From Botryllus schlosseri (Eukaryota): 64,000 nt of DNA. This document shows, in pieces, positions 25,700 to 38,366 of this stretch (within the stretch, counting starts at the first letter, position 1; each line of letters starts with the position of its first letter). Both the position numbers and the translations under genes were made by a program. Under the pieces are notes generated by a model that was not told the DNA's origin, made no database searches, and worked only from the letters and a program-made list of their open reading frames with translations. The DNA lies in the NCBI GenBank assembly GCA_051294905.1, contig CM119384.1:15934001-15998000 (forward strand). The letters are read 5' to 3'.

Positions 25700-26584
25700 C
25701 AGTGGCCGGGAACCTTTTTCGTCTGAAGAGCCATGTTAGCCATATATTTTCCATTTTAACTCTCAAAGAGCCATAATGTCAATCAATTGTTACGTCACAA
25801 TTGAAAATTTGACGTCATGGTAGTACCATGGCCTACTAAAACCATGGTAGTAGTAGCAGTAGGCCATGGTAGTACTAATTCGAACTCACTACATGGGATT
25901 CGTCGTGGGCGTCATACTTTCTTTGTAAAAACTCGTAGGTTACTAATCATCGTGTGATAACGCAATTCCTCGTAAATAGCTGATTCCGAAAATCTAAATA
26001 TTGATCGACTTCTTAATTCGGCGGTAGCATAAACGTTGCACTACACGCCCACATTTTAACGGCAGTACTAAAAAGCTACTTATCAATTTGGATGTGGATA
26101 GCGAAGCGTCATTCGTAATTTGGATTTGTAATTGGAATGTCACTTCCAAGGCAGTTCATTTCTCGGCGTAAATCAGGAAGACAATGTGTATTTGAGAACT
26201 AGATTGTCATATAGGCGTCCCCATGTCTGCTATTCTCTTGATCAACCAACGTATGGTGCAATCCAAGATCACGCAGCCCAGCGCGCGATGCCGGGTACAC
26301 CGAATTCGAGAGGGATATTGGTCGCTATAGCGCTACAGCACCTTAAATTTGAGGATTTTGTAAAAGGGTCCGAGCCCATAACCCTGGATACGCCACTGCC
26401 TTTACCTCTCAAATACATGTTTATGCTGCCACGTGAATAATTATTCTGGCCGTTAAGAAAACTTACCAACAAGTTGCTGCAATATCGATAAAATTAAGTA
26501 CAAATTTAAAAATATATCAAAGAGCCATATCTTATAGCCCAAAGAGCCATATATGGCTCGCGAGCCATAGATTCCCGACCACTG
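25700..26584. mobile_element. hAT (Buster-type) MITE
   Basis: TIR CAGTGGCCGGGAACCT / AGATTCCCGACCACTG; perfect TSD GTTTATAG; GAGCCATAT subterminal repeats. Confidence 0.92.
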
Positions 26585-26734
26585 GTTTATAGCATGTTTT
26601 CAAATCACTTCTTTACATTTCTACGCAATATTTGATAAAAGTTGCAGTAGAAATTGGCATGAAATATACAAATATTTACATGATTACAGACGACGACGCT
26701 AGCAAACCATTCCTAATTAAGTGCGGTATCTCAC

Positions 26735-26844
26735 TTATTGATCCTGCCCGAGCTGATATTGGAAGCTTCCGATAACAACGAAGTGGTTCTCCTGTGCAGA
26801 ATCTTGAAATCTGGCGACACGGAACCGCCCGTGTATTTATTCAC
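26735..26844 (-). CDS. BLTP1: BLTP1 exon 38
   Basis: VNKYTGGSVSPDFK; AA|gtgaga. Confidence 0.85.
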
Positions 26845-27423
26845 CTGCGGTGCCACATTGGAATCAATAAGGGCTACAGTTAGATGCTGGGAGTTAGCTC
26901 AAGGAGACGCGATCGGGTATTCGCACATATGAAACTGGTATATCAAACTATAGATAACTAACCTATGGACGGATACGAATTAGGTGACTGCACACAGCAC
27001 AGTAGGGCATCCGGATATGATAAGCAATTTTCAGTAGTAAACAAGTATTGTATGGTAATGTTAGGTGGCGAGTTCAAAATTAATTAAAACTGCCCTCAAA
27101 CGAAAGCTTCTATTACACTGATTGCAACAATAAAAATTATAATCTGGTAACGGCACCGAAAATCCACTGTAATCCCTCTCAAACTAAAAAATCACCATTT
27201 TCCGAACAACCGGAGTGCCGCAATACAATCACCTATACATATTGTGTCGTCTAGTACTCAAGTTGCTCAATGGCGTCATAAATATGTGGCGACAGCCAGC
27301 GATAAGATCACCATATCTGTTTAAGAAGCTGCCAGAAATGGTTTCCCGTATCCTGATACCTCCACCATGCAGTCATATGCTTTGCATCTATCCATAGGTT
27401 GGCTATCTGTAGCGAAACCCAAC

Positions 27424-27556
27424 CTGGATATCTGTCTTCGCTTGCTGTACGTTGTCGGAAATCTGCGAGACCTGATGAATGAGCCTGGCCAGAGCCACGT
27501 CGACGTTCTGCATGATATGGTCGATGGATAACTCAGCTCCAACATTTAATGTTTTT
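27424..27556 (-). CDS. BLTP1: BLTP1 exon 37
   Basis: IMQNVDVALARLIHQVSQISDNVQQAKTDI. Confidence 0.92.
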
Positions 27557-27992
27557 CTGCCATACAAAAAATGCTGATTGAAACGCTTTCACTTGCGGAA
27601 AAATTCTGGGAATTGACAGTCCTAGCTGGAGTCACGAATTTTGTTTGTTTGTCGCTTGTTTTCATCATTAAGACAGCACGGAGAAAAATAGTTCTTATAC
27701 TTTGAATTTACGTTTCGATTCACCGTGTTACTAGCCTTTGCTACCAATGATAGTCTATCAAAAACTTTCTACCGAATAAATTAACAATATGAAGTTATTG
27801 TTTGATGTAATTTTAAAGTTATGTGCCTGAACGCGCCTATGAGGTACATGTTTTTCGTGTATTGGTAGTGACGATTGAGGTTTCAAGGCTCCAAGACTCT
27901 TGAAAATGTTGTCTTTCACTACTCTTTTTAAAGAGAATAGCAAAGACCCAGAATTCATCGTTGTATTACCAATAGCTCCATTCAACACCTAC

Positions 27993-28049
27993 TTGTTTTT
28001 CAGGTGATGATTGTTCGACGCAATTACGGCAGCCTTCACCAAGTCATTG
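27993..28049 (-). CDS. BLTP1: BLTP1 exon 36 (57-nt symmetric exon)
   Basis: tttcag|...AA|gtaggt, open, phase 2-2; not required for frame. Confidence 0.6.
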
Positions 28050-28246
28050 CTGAAATAGATTACAACATTATACCGAAAACCCTCACAAGCGGATTCGGAA
28101 TCGACTACATAACACTTGCACAGTTACAATTTAAAATCCCTCACGAAAGCATATTTTCGTGCACGACACAGGAACTTTGACGATCTTTGGATACATGATA
28201 TCCATCAGCCACCACAATGTATCTGATACTTTACGCAAAAGAGTAC

Positions 28247-28393
28247 CTTTCTTTGAGGCCGATATCGTTTTCCACAATAGAAGATTTCAACTCGATCTCT
28301 TGGCACATCAGTATCGGCGGTAGATTCACGGGTAGCAGGGCATGTCCCGGGCTGGCGTGAGGCCAAGTTGACCCGCTCGTATGATACTGTTCC
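28247..28393 (-). CDS. BLTP1: BLTP1 exon 35
   Basis: VNLPPILMCQEIELKSSIVE. Confidence 0.83.
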
Positions 28394-28942
28394 CTGTGGA
28401 GAAGATACCAAGTTGTGCGAAAACATGAACTATATCATATCCCGTATAATGTAGGGTTATAATGGTTAGGAATTTTATGACACGATCACCAGATTCAACG
28501 TTACTGCAAACAAGTCATATTGGGTCCTAATACTAATATATCATCTGTTTTTTTCAAAACAGCAGCAAGAAGGCTTGAGTTCTATTGATTGCTTGGATGT
28601 GTTACTTCCCTGCGCCTTCCCTCAGTTGATAGACGACCATGTTTGATAATAAAATTCATCACATCGTTTCCCATGTTCTCATAGTATCTCAATCTTGTAA
28701 TTTTTGTAATAGCTACATTATTGACAAAATAAACAAAATGAAGCAGTTGAGGCGACAAAATCCATTCCCACAGTCAAAAATAGCAAAAATTCAACTGATG
28801 AAATTTGCAGTTTCATTCAAACATTTGCCATGGACAAGTCTCCAGCTGAGTCGTTTACATGCATCCATGCTAGTAAATATTTGTGCCCCACAATTACAGT
28901 AATAAATGGACAACAATCAGAACACATTGTGTGATAACAAAC

Positions 28943-29208
28943 CTTGCATCACGGTTGTGCTCCAACGAAGAATAGTAAGATCTTGGTTTCCGGCTTCTCA
29001 TGCTTTTTCTTTTACGCCGCATCTGCCCGTCCAGGTTATACAACGGGTCGGCTTCTTGCTTGTCGACTCGCAACATCGTCAGTTTCACGTTAACCGACAG
29101 GCTGCCAAGACATACGCCTTCGATGAAGCTTTTCTCTTTGACCGATTTGATCTGAACCGGCGATTCCACGTCTAGGCCGACATTGCGCAGGAAAATTTCA
29201 AAGATGTC
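28943..29208 (-). CDS. BLTP1: BLTP1 exon 34
   Basis: DIFEIFLRNVGL...KLTMLRVD...RRKRKSMR. Confidence 0.85.
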
Positions 29209-29380
29209 CTGTTTGTAAATTAATGAATGGAATAACGAAAGGAATAAAACAGGGGGTTCTTAAAAACCAGGGTACGCGAGAGAAATTTCAGGGGCACCTT
29301 GGCAGTTTTCTCCACCAGCGTTTATGGGACAAACAAGAAATGTGTTGAAGCTTACTGACTGCAGAGTATAAGGCGTAGAC

Positions 29381-29664
29381 CAGGGGTCTCAAACTCAAAT
29401 GTGCTCGCGGGCCGAATTCCTAGTTCTTTATGAAACTGCATCAATAATAGGGTCGTTCAATGTCTTTCCAAGTAGGCCTTATTTGACGGGACCTTGCAGA
29501 ATGACATTCCACGCCCATTGAGAATATGTGATTTAGTGTGCAGGAATTCATGCCTGGCACAAAAAAAAATCGCATTTTAAAAAATTTGAATAAAATTGGT
29601 TTTACACTTGCTTTCGACGCTAGCCGCACAAAATTCTCTTGTTTGCCACGTTTGAGACCCCTTG
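29381..29664. mobile_element. hAT MITE
   Basis: CAGGGGTCTCAAAC ... GTTTGAGACCCCT; no clear TSD. Confidence 0.65.
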
Positions 29665-30332
29665 CATGATAAATGACAAATTTTGTACCACACTTTCTAT
29701 TGAACAGAATTTACGCGTGTGCCTTTCCCGAACACTTCTAAAAATAGTCGCCATCGCATTAAATGTGTGAAAAAGTATTTGAAAGTGTAAATGCACAGTT
29801 TTTTTCTGTTCAATTGCCTACACTCTATGCTACATTATTTTCAAGGATTGCGGCAGTTAAACTGACAAATTTGACAGTTTGAGAACTCCTGGCCTACATA
29901 GCCCTGGAGTAAACAGTTTCAAAAAGTAAGATTTAGTCGAGAGGGCGCATATGTCTAGCAGCCAAGAAGAGGCGAAAAGAACCAAATCAGGAAAATCTCC
30001 TTCACATTATACCAACTGTGTATGAGTTCTCTCAACTTGTAGCAACTTGTGTATTCAAAACAAACTTTTCCCAAGACGATATCAAAATACTGTTGAAGTA
30101 GAAATAATATACAAACGAAACTACTCGAGTAAGCGAAACAAGTAGATAAATATATTTGAGTACAGAAAAGTATGAGTTCTTCGTTACTGATCACCTCTGG
30201 CATTTAGAGATACGTCCAGCTTGCTAAGTGGGCGATGAGTCAATAAAGTTTGGGAACCACTGAGCTAGTGTACAATCACACGAAAGCGACTGCGTCACAG
30301 TAAAATACACGATGGGCCACAAAATTCCTAAC

Positions 30333-30417
30333 CTCTGAGTTTGTAACAATAATAGCATCTCCTTTCTTGGCCTTGTTCTGCTTTCGATTGGTCGGCGGCG
30401 TGGGATTGACGAAGTCG
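30333..30417 (-). CDS. BLTP1: BLTP1 exon 33
   Basis: DFVNPTPP...DAIIVTNSE; 62-nt preceding intron. Confidence 0.8.
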
Positions 30418-30479
30418 CTGTAAAGAATTTACGTAAATTGAAGAGTCGAGACGCCAAGTTCGTGCACACCGAAACTTAC

Positions 30480-30593
30480 GTTTCTTCGTACGCGCTGGGC
30501 TGCCGCATGAGAGGCTGCGATTCTAGATCGGCGGCGTTGACCGGAATGTCGGGGCTGGGAGGAGGGTTCGTTTTAGCCGCATTCGACATCCAG
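30480..30593 (-). CDS. BLTP1: BLTP1 exon 32
   Basis: SWMSNAAK; AC|gtaagt. Confidence 0.85.
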
Positions 30594-30997
30594 CTGAATG
30601 AAAAATTTAAAAAGGAAAATAAATAAAAATTTTTGGTTAAAAGTCGGTGATCTTTCGTTCCAACCGCAGACCGCACTCACGAAATAGTGTCACCCATTCC
30701 GACTACCAATAAACTAAGTGACAATTTGGGTTTCGGCATTCGAGGAAACACGTAACCAATCTCTCATACGATGATGGTTACATAAAAGGTGAACTTTCTA
30801 CATTATCCATACTCGAGTAATGTCACAATGAGTGGTACTACAATACTCAAAGAGTAATACCGTACTCAATTTTGCCCAGACCTAGTTGTGATATTGAACT
30901 GTATTCGAGATAATGCCAATCCGACGATGCTTTAGTTTGCGTAACATGTAGGCTACATAATTATTATTGTGGACAGCAAACATAGTCCAGTGGTCAC

Positions 30998-31133
30998 CTG
31001 TACATGCTCTTTTGCTGCTCCAAAACCAATTCTTCCGCCGAAGAAACTTGCGGATTCGACTTGCTGGTCGGCGACGCCACTCTGACCTCCGACCGTTGAC
31101 CTTTTTCTGGATCGGCAACAGACGACGCGTCGT
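30998..31133 (-). CDS. BLTP1: BLTP1 exon 31 (acceptor uncertain)
   Basis: DDASSVADPEKG...KSMYR|gtgacc; 5' boundary chosen by phase. Confidence 0.65.
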
Positions 31134-31685
31134 CTTCAAACACAACGATTTTAAGATGTCTGAGGTGTCGGTTTCATCATAAAGTGTGAAGTAACATGGT
31201 TTGCGAGCGAAATTATCTCAAAGTTTGCCAGACCTATGAGCAATGAGCACTACTATATAACGTCAACCTCAACCCATAAATTAACCCTTACCCAAACCTT
31301 AACCTTTGTTTCATGGTGACCCCTCATTTTGTTGGGTTATTGTATGGACCCCTAACGGCAAAATTTTGGGAGCTGATGGCAAAACAGGCCCCAATACTTA
31401 CACACCTGTCTACCAGTTAGAGTACAATTGTTAGTGTTCGAATTGTCTCAGTAAAATGGTTATACTTAGTTAAACAAGGTTTGAATGGTGCTGCTAGAAT
31501 AGAAGTATATACACTGGACACAGATTTGATAATTTATACTCGTCAAACCGTAATCGCACGATTCAGAATTAATCGTAATCACAATGTCTGATCATAACTA
31601 CTGTGTTAATGTTCAAGGTTGATGGCAATTTTCTAACTGATTGATTCAAGGACACACTGAATGCCTATTGGTTTCAAATTAGTAC

Positions 31686-31891
31686 CTTTTTTAAACACCG
31701 GACGCTCCACGCGTATGGGAATCGCATCCATTTGTACAGTTTCTAGATCTCCCTCCTGCCTGATGATCGGCGGATCGATAGTTACTACGAGAGAAGGTGA
31801 TTTCGGTCGGTCGTACTCTTCACTTCTGAAAAGGAGATTTCTGACTGGAATTGAAAATTTCAGGAGGATGTCGACAAAAGATATTTGAGCG
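31686..31891 (-). CDS. BLTP1: BLTP1 exon 30
   Basis: Open frame SAQISFVDILLK...PVFKK; phases fit; weak homology. Confidence 0.7.
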
Positions 31892-32091
31892 CTGTAAGAG
31901 TTGGCGGTCAAAAGAAGAGACATAAACGTACAACATAAATTCGTGACAGCCCGATTTTGGTACAACTCTGGGTGAAAATATTACTTGTTAGAGGTAATTT
32001 ACTAAACAATCAGGTTGACGGATATGATACAAGGCATTCCTACCGAATCTCACGTTCTAAAGTTCGAAACCGATGTTCAAAAACACCGTAC

Positions 32092-32346
32092 CTGTTGAGA
32101 ATTTCGTTCCTCTTCAATTTTTCCGCCTGCTTCAACTTAGCAGAGTTGAACACGCCAGAGTAATTGCTGGCTAATTGCCGCAACACCGCAAACACGCCCT
32201 TTTTGAGGGTGGAAAGAGCGGGTAAATCCGGAGTCTGCCGGTCGAAACTTCCGACTACGGACGACACCATTTGCCTCCCGTCCGGTGTGCTGACGAGACG
32301 TTGCAACTCGTGACTGAGAAGGAAGTTTGGATCCTTTCTCAGGAGT
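32092..32346 (-). CDS. BLTP1: BLTP1 exon 29
   Basis: LRKDPNFLL...LPALSTLKKGVFAVLRQ; alternative in-phase donor at 32044. Confidence 0.88.
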
Positions 32347-33397
32347 CTGAACAAACAAAAAAACGGAAAACTTGAGAATTATTCAAAGCGACGCTTGTGA
32401 CTGATATTGTGGCGCTAGGTAATGAGTTGTTTAGAGGGTCGCTATGATCAAAATTGGGGTAGTGGGATTGTGCAATTGCAATTAGTTCAGTGGCCAACTA
32501 TCTAAATGACTCCTAGAAATAACCTCATATGAAAAGTATGGTATGTAATGACAATTGGTACAGCGCTATGAAAAATTTTGCTTCACTTTTTGAAACTGTA
32601 AAACATGACCTTAACGGGATGCGAAACCAACAAGTAATGTATCTTTGGGTTCAGAATGTCAACGCCTGACCAACTACGCCACTTGTGATAAGTTTCCGGC
32701 AAAAGTATGAGCGCAATTGTCATCAGCATCACTTGAAATACGGTAGTTCCTGCGCCGTCACTCATTTTGCATTAGTCCAGATACATCATTTTCAATTTCG
32801 AAAATAGTCACCTATCACCTGCTAAAAGTATGACAACCGTCGACTAAATCTAGTAACAGTACTGCAATAGTTTTCAGACTTTCATTTAATGGAGTAGAAA
32901 TTCATGGCGTTATATTCAATCCCACTCGAGCAGAAACACAGAACACTTGGAAATACAATTCACTGGGTTTACACCTGATTATATAGCTACGACAGCAACG
33001 TATAGATCGCGAAGACGCAATGCCCTCTATATAGGTCACCTATATCTTCAGTATCACTTATAAATTGTCAGGCAGAGGTGCCTGTGAGCAACACAGTCTC
33101 TTTATAGCAATACAATGTCCAGTTCTTTCGTCGTATGTAGATATCACTTGTAAAGTGTCAGTTTATGACAATTAGTGATAAATCAGTGTCCAATTCTTCC
33201 GTCGTATGTAGCTACCTTTCAGGCGTAGCTCACACACAGCTTTTATTCCATCGTATGGTTACCGTTCAGACGTAACTCATACAGCTTTCAACCAGTAATT
33301 AGTCCAATTAGTAGCCAATTAATAGGCCTATCAAGCTTAATACAACCAAATACTCCAATGTATTTTTGTCAAAATCACGATATGGCAATCGGCTCAC

Positions 33398-33643
33398 TTG
33401 GCTTTCTGCGTCAGCACGTCGTATTTCATCTTCATCAGATCCATCGGCTTCTCCGGGCCCTCCTCCCCGGTAGTGACGCGGTCCAGGACTTGCGTCAGCA
33501 CGCACGCGATCACCGAGCATTGCCTCGTCAGTTTTTCTTCGTTGTAGCGCGACAACGACGTGGTCAACTGATCGGCCGGGTCCAGCCAGGACATGATGCT
33601 GGAGCTGACACAGGTAAGCAGGTTCCAATGGCGCGTTGATTTC
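33398..33643 (-). CDS. BLTP1: BLTP1 exon 28
   Basis: WNLLTCVSSSIMSWLDPADQL...CSVIACVLTQ. Confidence 0.9.
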
Positions 33644-33718
33644 CTGCAAACAAATCAAATTCGAATTCATGGGGTTTAACGGGATGCACAAGCTGGTGCA
33701 ATGAATGATAAGACTGAC

Positions 33719-33836
33719 CCCGGCGAAAACTTTTCTCGCGGCGGAGCTGGGACATTGATCCAAACTGATCCAATAAAGAGATCTCCTTGGCTGGCGTGCA
33801 GATTGCTGTCTTTCACAGTCCATTCGTCTTCAACGA
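33719..33836 (-). CDS. BLTP1: BLTP1 exon 27
   Basis: SQGDLFIGSVWINVPAP. Confidence 0.82.
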
Positions 33837-34503
33837 CTGGAAAATGCAGAAAATCGAGATCTATCGCATAAAAAATAGAGCTTCCAACTGTGACGTCGAA
33901 AAAGATATCAATGTCACTCATTTTCTGTTGACATTATCTATATTGATATATTTTGTATTGATCAGGTGTTCTTATCATGGTGTCCAAGAACTTTTCGGGG
34001 GTCCACGTACCAGTTTTAAGGGGTCCCTGAAAGTCTAGTGTTGAAACTACAACAAGAAACTACCTTATTTATAAGGTCTGTCCTTATTGTTAACTTACTA
34101 CCAAATATGTTCATATTTTTGTGTTATTTCCAGTGCTCACCGAAGGCCATGATGGCCAAGCGAACGCTACAAGCCCTACAAGGTCTTGTCATGGAATGGA
34201 AAACTGCTTAGTTGTAGTTTTGAGATAATTTACGGTTTGAGGAATTTGGTGTAAATATGCCAGGCCAACTCCGCAGTCTGAATAGGGATGGGTGCAGGAA
34301 TGGAATGTTCGGTAATTGTAGCAGCTCGAGATCGTCCGAAATCAGACAAGAGAACTTGGTGAGCGAAATATAAGAGGCCCAAAATCTACAATTAAGATGA
34401 AATCAGAGCTACTTTACTACTCCTCAAAAACAATTACGGCTTCTTTTTAACACTTGTTCGTTTGTGAATATGTTGACTCAAACTGCGCATTTTATGCACT
34501 TAC

Positions 34504-34602
34504 CTTGATCGGATTCGGGCATGGATTGGATGGATTCGTCGACGAAATGGACGTGGAACGTCTCTTCGAAAGAGGATTCTCCGGTCGGATTATCTCGACG
34601 AG
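34504..34602 (-). CDS. BLTP1: BLTP1 exon 26
   Basis: ARRDNPTGESSFEET; G|gtaagt; phase 1-1. Confidence 0.75.
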
Positions 34603-34933
34603 CTGAGGAAAGACAAATAACCATTAATCTGACACGACGCAAAATGTAAACCGCAGAGGTGTTTAAAATAGTCAGCATTGGCACTGAGTAGAAATAAAAA
34701 TATCACCATAAATTTATACTCAATTACCAGTACATACTGCTATTTCTAATGTAGGTTATCGTCGAAAGATTAGATACGTTTACCAGTTAGTTGTAGTTGT
34801 AATTCCAATTCTAATATCCCCCGGAAAAGCTGAAAATTTTATAGTTGTCCAAGTCTATCGGTAACCCTACAATTACTCCCCTAGCAACCCATTCGGTTTT
34901 CCGTCACGTAGCGACAATACTTCACAAACTCAC

Positions 34934-35143
34934 CCGCCAAATCCTGATTCATTTCGGAGGCCGTGGCAAAAGAGAGACTCTGCATTCCAGACTTGCTGTC
35001 CGCCGAGCCCTTCACGGACATTTGCTTAACGACGTTCAACCGCACCCGGTCTATCCCCGCCTCCAGCATCACCCAGCCCCATGGCTGCGGCGGGCCTGGG
35101 GCTTGGTATCTGTTCACTTTTCTCTGCGTGGAGTCGTCGTTTT
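34934..35143 (-). CDS. BLTP1: BLTP1 exon 25
   Basis: PWGWVMLEAGIDRV; acceptor set by phase and upstream stop. Confidence 0.85.
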
Positions 35144-35342
35144 CTGCCGACGAGAACAGGGTTGTCAGTGGCTGTCAACGTTTTTCTGCTTGCTGGCCGG
35201 TTAAATTTGAAAATAATCTACAAACCCGAAATCTACATATGACGCGTGTACGCAACTCGAAAGAAAGTATTGGAAACTTCAATTGGATGACAAAACTTCT
35301 GTTGCCTTATTGAAATTACATGTGTTATAAGTTGGGGGAGAT

Positions 35343-35852
35343 AGGATTGTAACCAAGTCACAAGGCTCCGAGTCACGAGTCAATCTAACTTTTACAGTTT
35401 TGACTCGACTCAAGTCGAGTCATTTTTAATTCACCACCGAGTCAAGTCTGAGTCCAAGTCATCGAGCAGAGGGTCGAGTCCGAGTCATGGTATCATGACT
35501 CGAGTCCGAGTCCAAGCCATTGTGATAACTGGTCAGTTTCCAGTAGAAGTCTTGTTGAACCCATTTTTTATGACATTGTTTGGTGATATCGAATGGTTTG
35601 GATTCATAATATACTAATTTTCCTCACTCTTTGCAGTTTCTTGTCGCGTTTTCAAGTACCAGTACCAATAGACGAAACCCTGATAGGGTGGTTACTTTAC
35701 TATTCTTCGAAATTGAAATGAAATGTCGGTCTTGGCCGTCTGAGTCTCGAATCATGCGCAATGACTCGAGTCCAAGTCGAGTCAATGCACAGATTAACTC
35801 GAGTCGAGTCATCTCCGTATTTTGAGAAAATGACTCGAGTCAATACAACCCT
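35343..35852. mobile_element. hAT MITE, inverted copy of the 13251-13792 element
   Basis: Reverse complement aligns along its length with 13251-13792; flanked by direct repeat GGGGAGAT. Confidence 0.88.
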
Positions 35853-36085
35853 GGGGAGATTTTTTGACTTGTCCCAAATAGTCGAAAATAAGTCAATTAT
35901 CCAGATAGTTAAAAAATTGTCAAAATTCTTTATAAAGTCATTTCATTTAACCAGTTGTGCTTGCTGTCAGTGTGCTCCTCATTTTACACCTTGTAGCCTA
36001 CTTTATACCATTGTAAATACCCATTGTCTACTTAATATGAATAATAAACGATCCTGTGATGAGAAACATGAACAGAGATACTCAC

Positions 36086-36323
36086 CAGAATGCCATTTTT
36101 CCACCATTTCCATTCTAGCCCGCGGCACTGCAGACGGATTGAAGCAAAACGGCGCCCGGCATGATTTATTCGGCAACGCTGCTATGGACGTCCTCTCTGG
36201 CACTCGCCCGTCCACGGTCATGGCTCGCATTTGCACGGCGACGGACTTGGCGGTGGCTTTCGCGTTTAGCAGAACCAAGAAGTGATGCTGATGACTAACG
36301 TCGGAAGATACGCTCAATTTCGA
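36086..36323 (-). CDS. BLTP1: BLTP1 exon 24
   Basis: SVAVQMRAM...TSIAALPNKSCRAPF; G|gtgagt. Confidence 0.85.
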
Positions 36324-37072
36324 CTGTAAAACGAGACGGGGCTGGTGATTAGGTGTACATGTTTGTATAATATATGTTTACAATCAGGGTTTCCAATCGC
36401 CATACCTTCCTTATTCATAAGACTTGCCCTTATTTGAAGGACAATGCCTCATAAAACTACGCTTTCTGTATTAATAAGATCTGTCCATATTTCTTTTGCT
36501 TGTGTCTTGGTTTGTCTTATATTCATGAAAATTTATGACCTACATTTTTTCAATCAGCAGGTACTGAAAACCTACCAATACTGAATGAGTGTGCACTTCA
36601 GAGTTTCAGGAAATAGCTGAGCAGTCATGCCACAAAGCCACACGATCATTCACGGTAAATTCATTAAAGGAATTCATTCAAGGAATTTACTGTCATGGAA
36701 ACCGTTGAGGAAAAACCTAATTCATTTTGGGCTATATCACAAAAATACGGATTCCGATGCGTGTTACAGTTTACAATATCATAACCCTTTGGGAATGTGA
36801 CAAGAATCGCATTACGTCATAGACAAATATGCACATTGTCGCTCACAGGTCTACATGGTGATTTTTGGAGATGAGATGATTTGATATTTTCACATCTAAG
36901 TTCCAATGGAATTTATTTTGAATCGTGTCCGAATCCGTAAACAGCTATGAAAAATCGTTGCCACTAATTCCCATCTGCCTAAAATGCCCGAAACTTCAAA
37001 TTTGTGTTAAACTCGGTGAATTTTATCAAACGCACATATCAAGTTGAAACTGTCTACAATAACACGATTCAC

Positions 37073-37217
37073 CTTCCCGAACGACGTCGAATCGGAATCG
37101 GGTAGATTCGGAACGTTAGTGCCGGAGTAAGACCTCGATATCTTCCTCAAATTCTCGATCATAAGACGATTTTTTCGTCTACTGTTCATATCGACGGATA
37201 TGTTCAGCATATCCAAT
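37073..37217 (-). CDS. BLTP1: BLTP1 exon 23
   Basis: RLDMLNISVDMN; AAG|gtgaat. Confidence 0.83.
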
Positions 37218-37450
37218 CTGCAAGGAAAAGAATATCCAAAAGTGGATTTGTAGAATGGGATGAGCATTGGATTCCTTAGATTAGCAGTGGACATAGTCTG
37301 AATTTACACGTGACGTAAACGATTTCAGTTTTATCCCACACTGGAGACATATAAATCAGTATGAAGTCAAAATAGAATTGCAAACATAGGTTAGTCTTGG
37401 CTTTCCAAAGCATATTTGAATTGATTAGCAACATCAAGACGGCATCGTAC

Positions 37451-37623
37451 CTTGTCGACAACACAGTGACACAAGGAACAGGTAGAACTTTGCCGTGTCC
37501 CACACCGAATATCTTGTCGTTGCCCAAATCACTTTGCAGAACGTTTATCCGGACTCTGTCGACTTTTACACTCAATTTCGTCCCGGGCGGAGGCTTTGTA
37601 ACCGTGAGTGTTTGTTTCAATTT
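37451..37623 (-). CDS. BLTP1: BLTP1 exon 22
   Basis: KLSVKVDRVRINVLQS; AG|gtacga. Confidence 0.83.
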
Positions 37624-37809
37624 CTGCAGGCAACGGTACAAGACAGTGATATCGCATCACAAGTCACTGCTTCATATAGGACATACTAAAAAGGGCTTTA
37701 GGTTTCATTTTGAAGAGTCATGGTCGAAACCGGGGGTGAGGGTGTTCAAAATAACTTTTTTATTTCGGAATTCCGCGGATTCACTGATTAAATTGTAAGC
37801 TTGCTTAAA

Positions 37810-37978
37810 AAAAACAAATTTGGCTCAAAAAACCAAAATATTCTACTGTGATAACTTTGCCTCAGCTGGTTGGAATTGAGCCAAAATTGGTGTACAGCGT
37901 TCTTTCAGGTAATCCAACAATTTTATCAAGTAGCTAGTAGTACGATTTGAAAAAAAGGATATTTTTAAACAGCCGTAG
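37810..37978. mobile_element. Partial copy (one arm) of the 18214-18806 foldback element
   Basis: CTGGTTGGAATTGAGCCAAA...CAATTTTATCAAGTAG...TACGATTTG. Confidence 0.6.
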
Positions 37979-38018
37979 CATACATTGCTCGTAAAAATAT
38001 AGGAAGAATTCAACTTAC

Positions 38019-38107
38019 GTTTTCTTCCTCCACACTGCCGTCCATCCTTTTCTGCCTTTTCAAGGAAGGCCTTGCCTTTTCAATCTTATCATTCTTCTTT
38101 TTGCCAG
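38019..38107 (-). CDS. BLTP1: BLTP1 exon 21
   Basis: AGKKKNDKIEK...EEEN|gtaagt; phases fit neighbours. Confidence 0.8.
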
Positions 38108-38176
38108 CTAACAGACAGCACAAAGCAGTTCAGGCACGAAAAATGATTTGTTTTCATCACATCAACGCACGCAAAC

Positions 38177-38366
38177 CTTCTTTTACATCGGATTCGTCCG
38201 AATCTTGGTCTTCCGGTATCCTATCGGAAGCGTCGTTGACGCAATGCATCTCCAATTGTGAGATGACACTTATAGGGTCGTCGTGTTTTACGACAGGAGT
38301 GGCAGCATCGATGAAATGAGTTAACGTATTCAGTAGAAACGGAGTCAATTGCACGTCCAAAGATTC
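38177..38366 (-). CDS. BLTP1: BLTP1 exon 20
   Basis: ESLDVQLTPFLLNTLTHFIDA. Confidence 0.88.

Noticed and set aside
26269-26472. Minus-strand ORF initially modelled as a constitutive BLTP1 exon
   Set aside because: Lies inside a TSD-bounded MITE, and exons 38 and 39 join in frame without it; kept only as a possible exonisation
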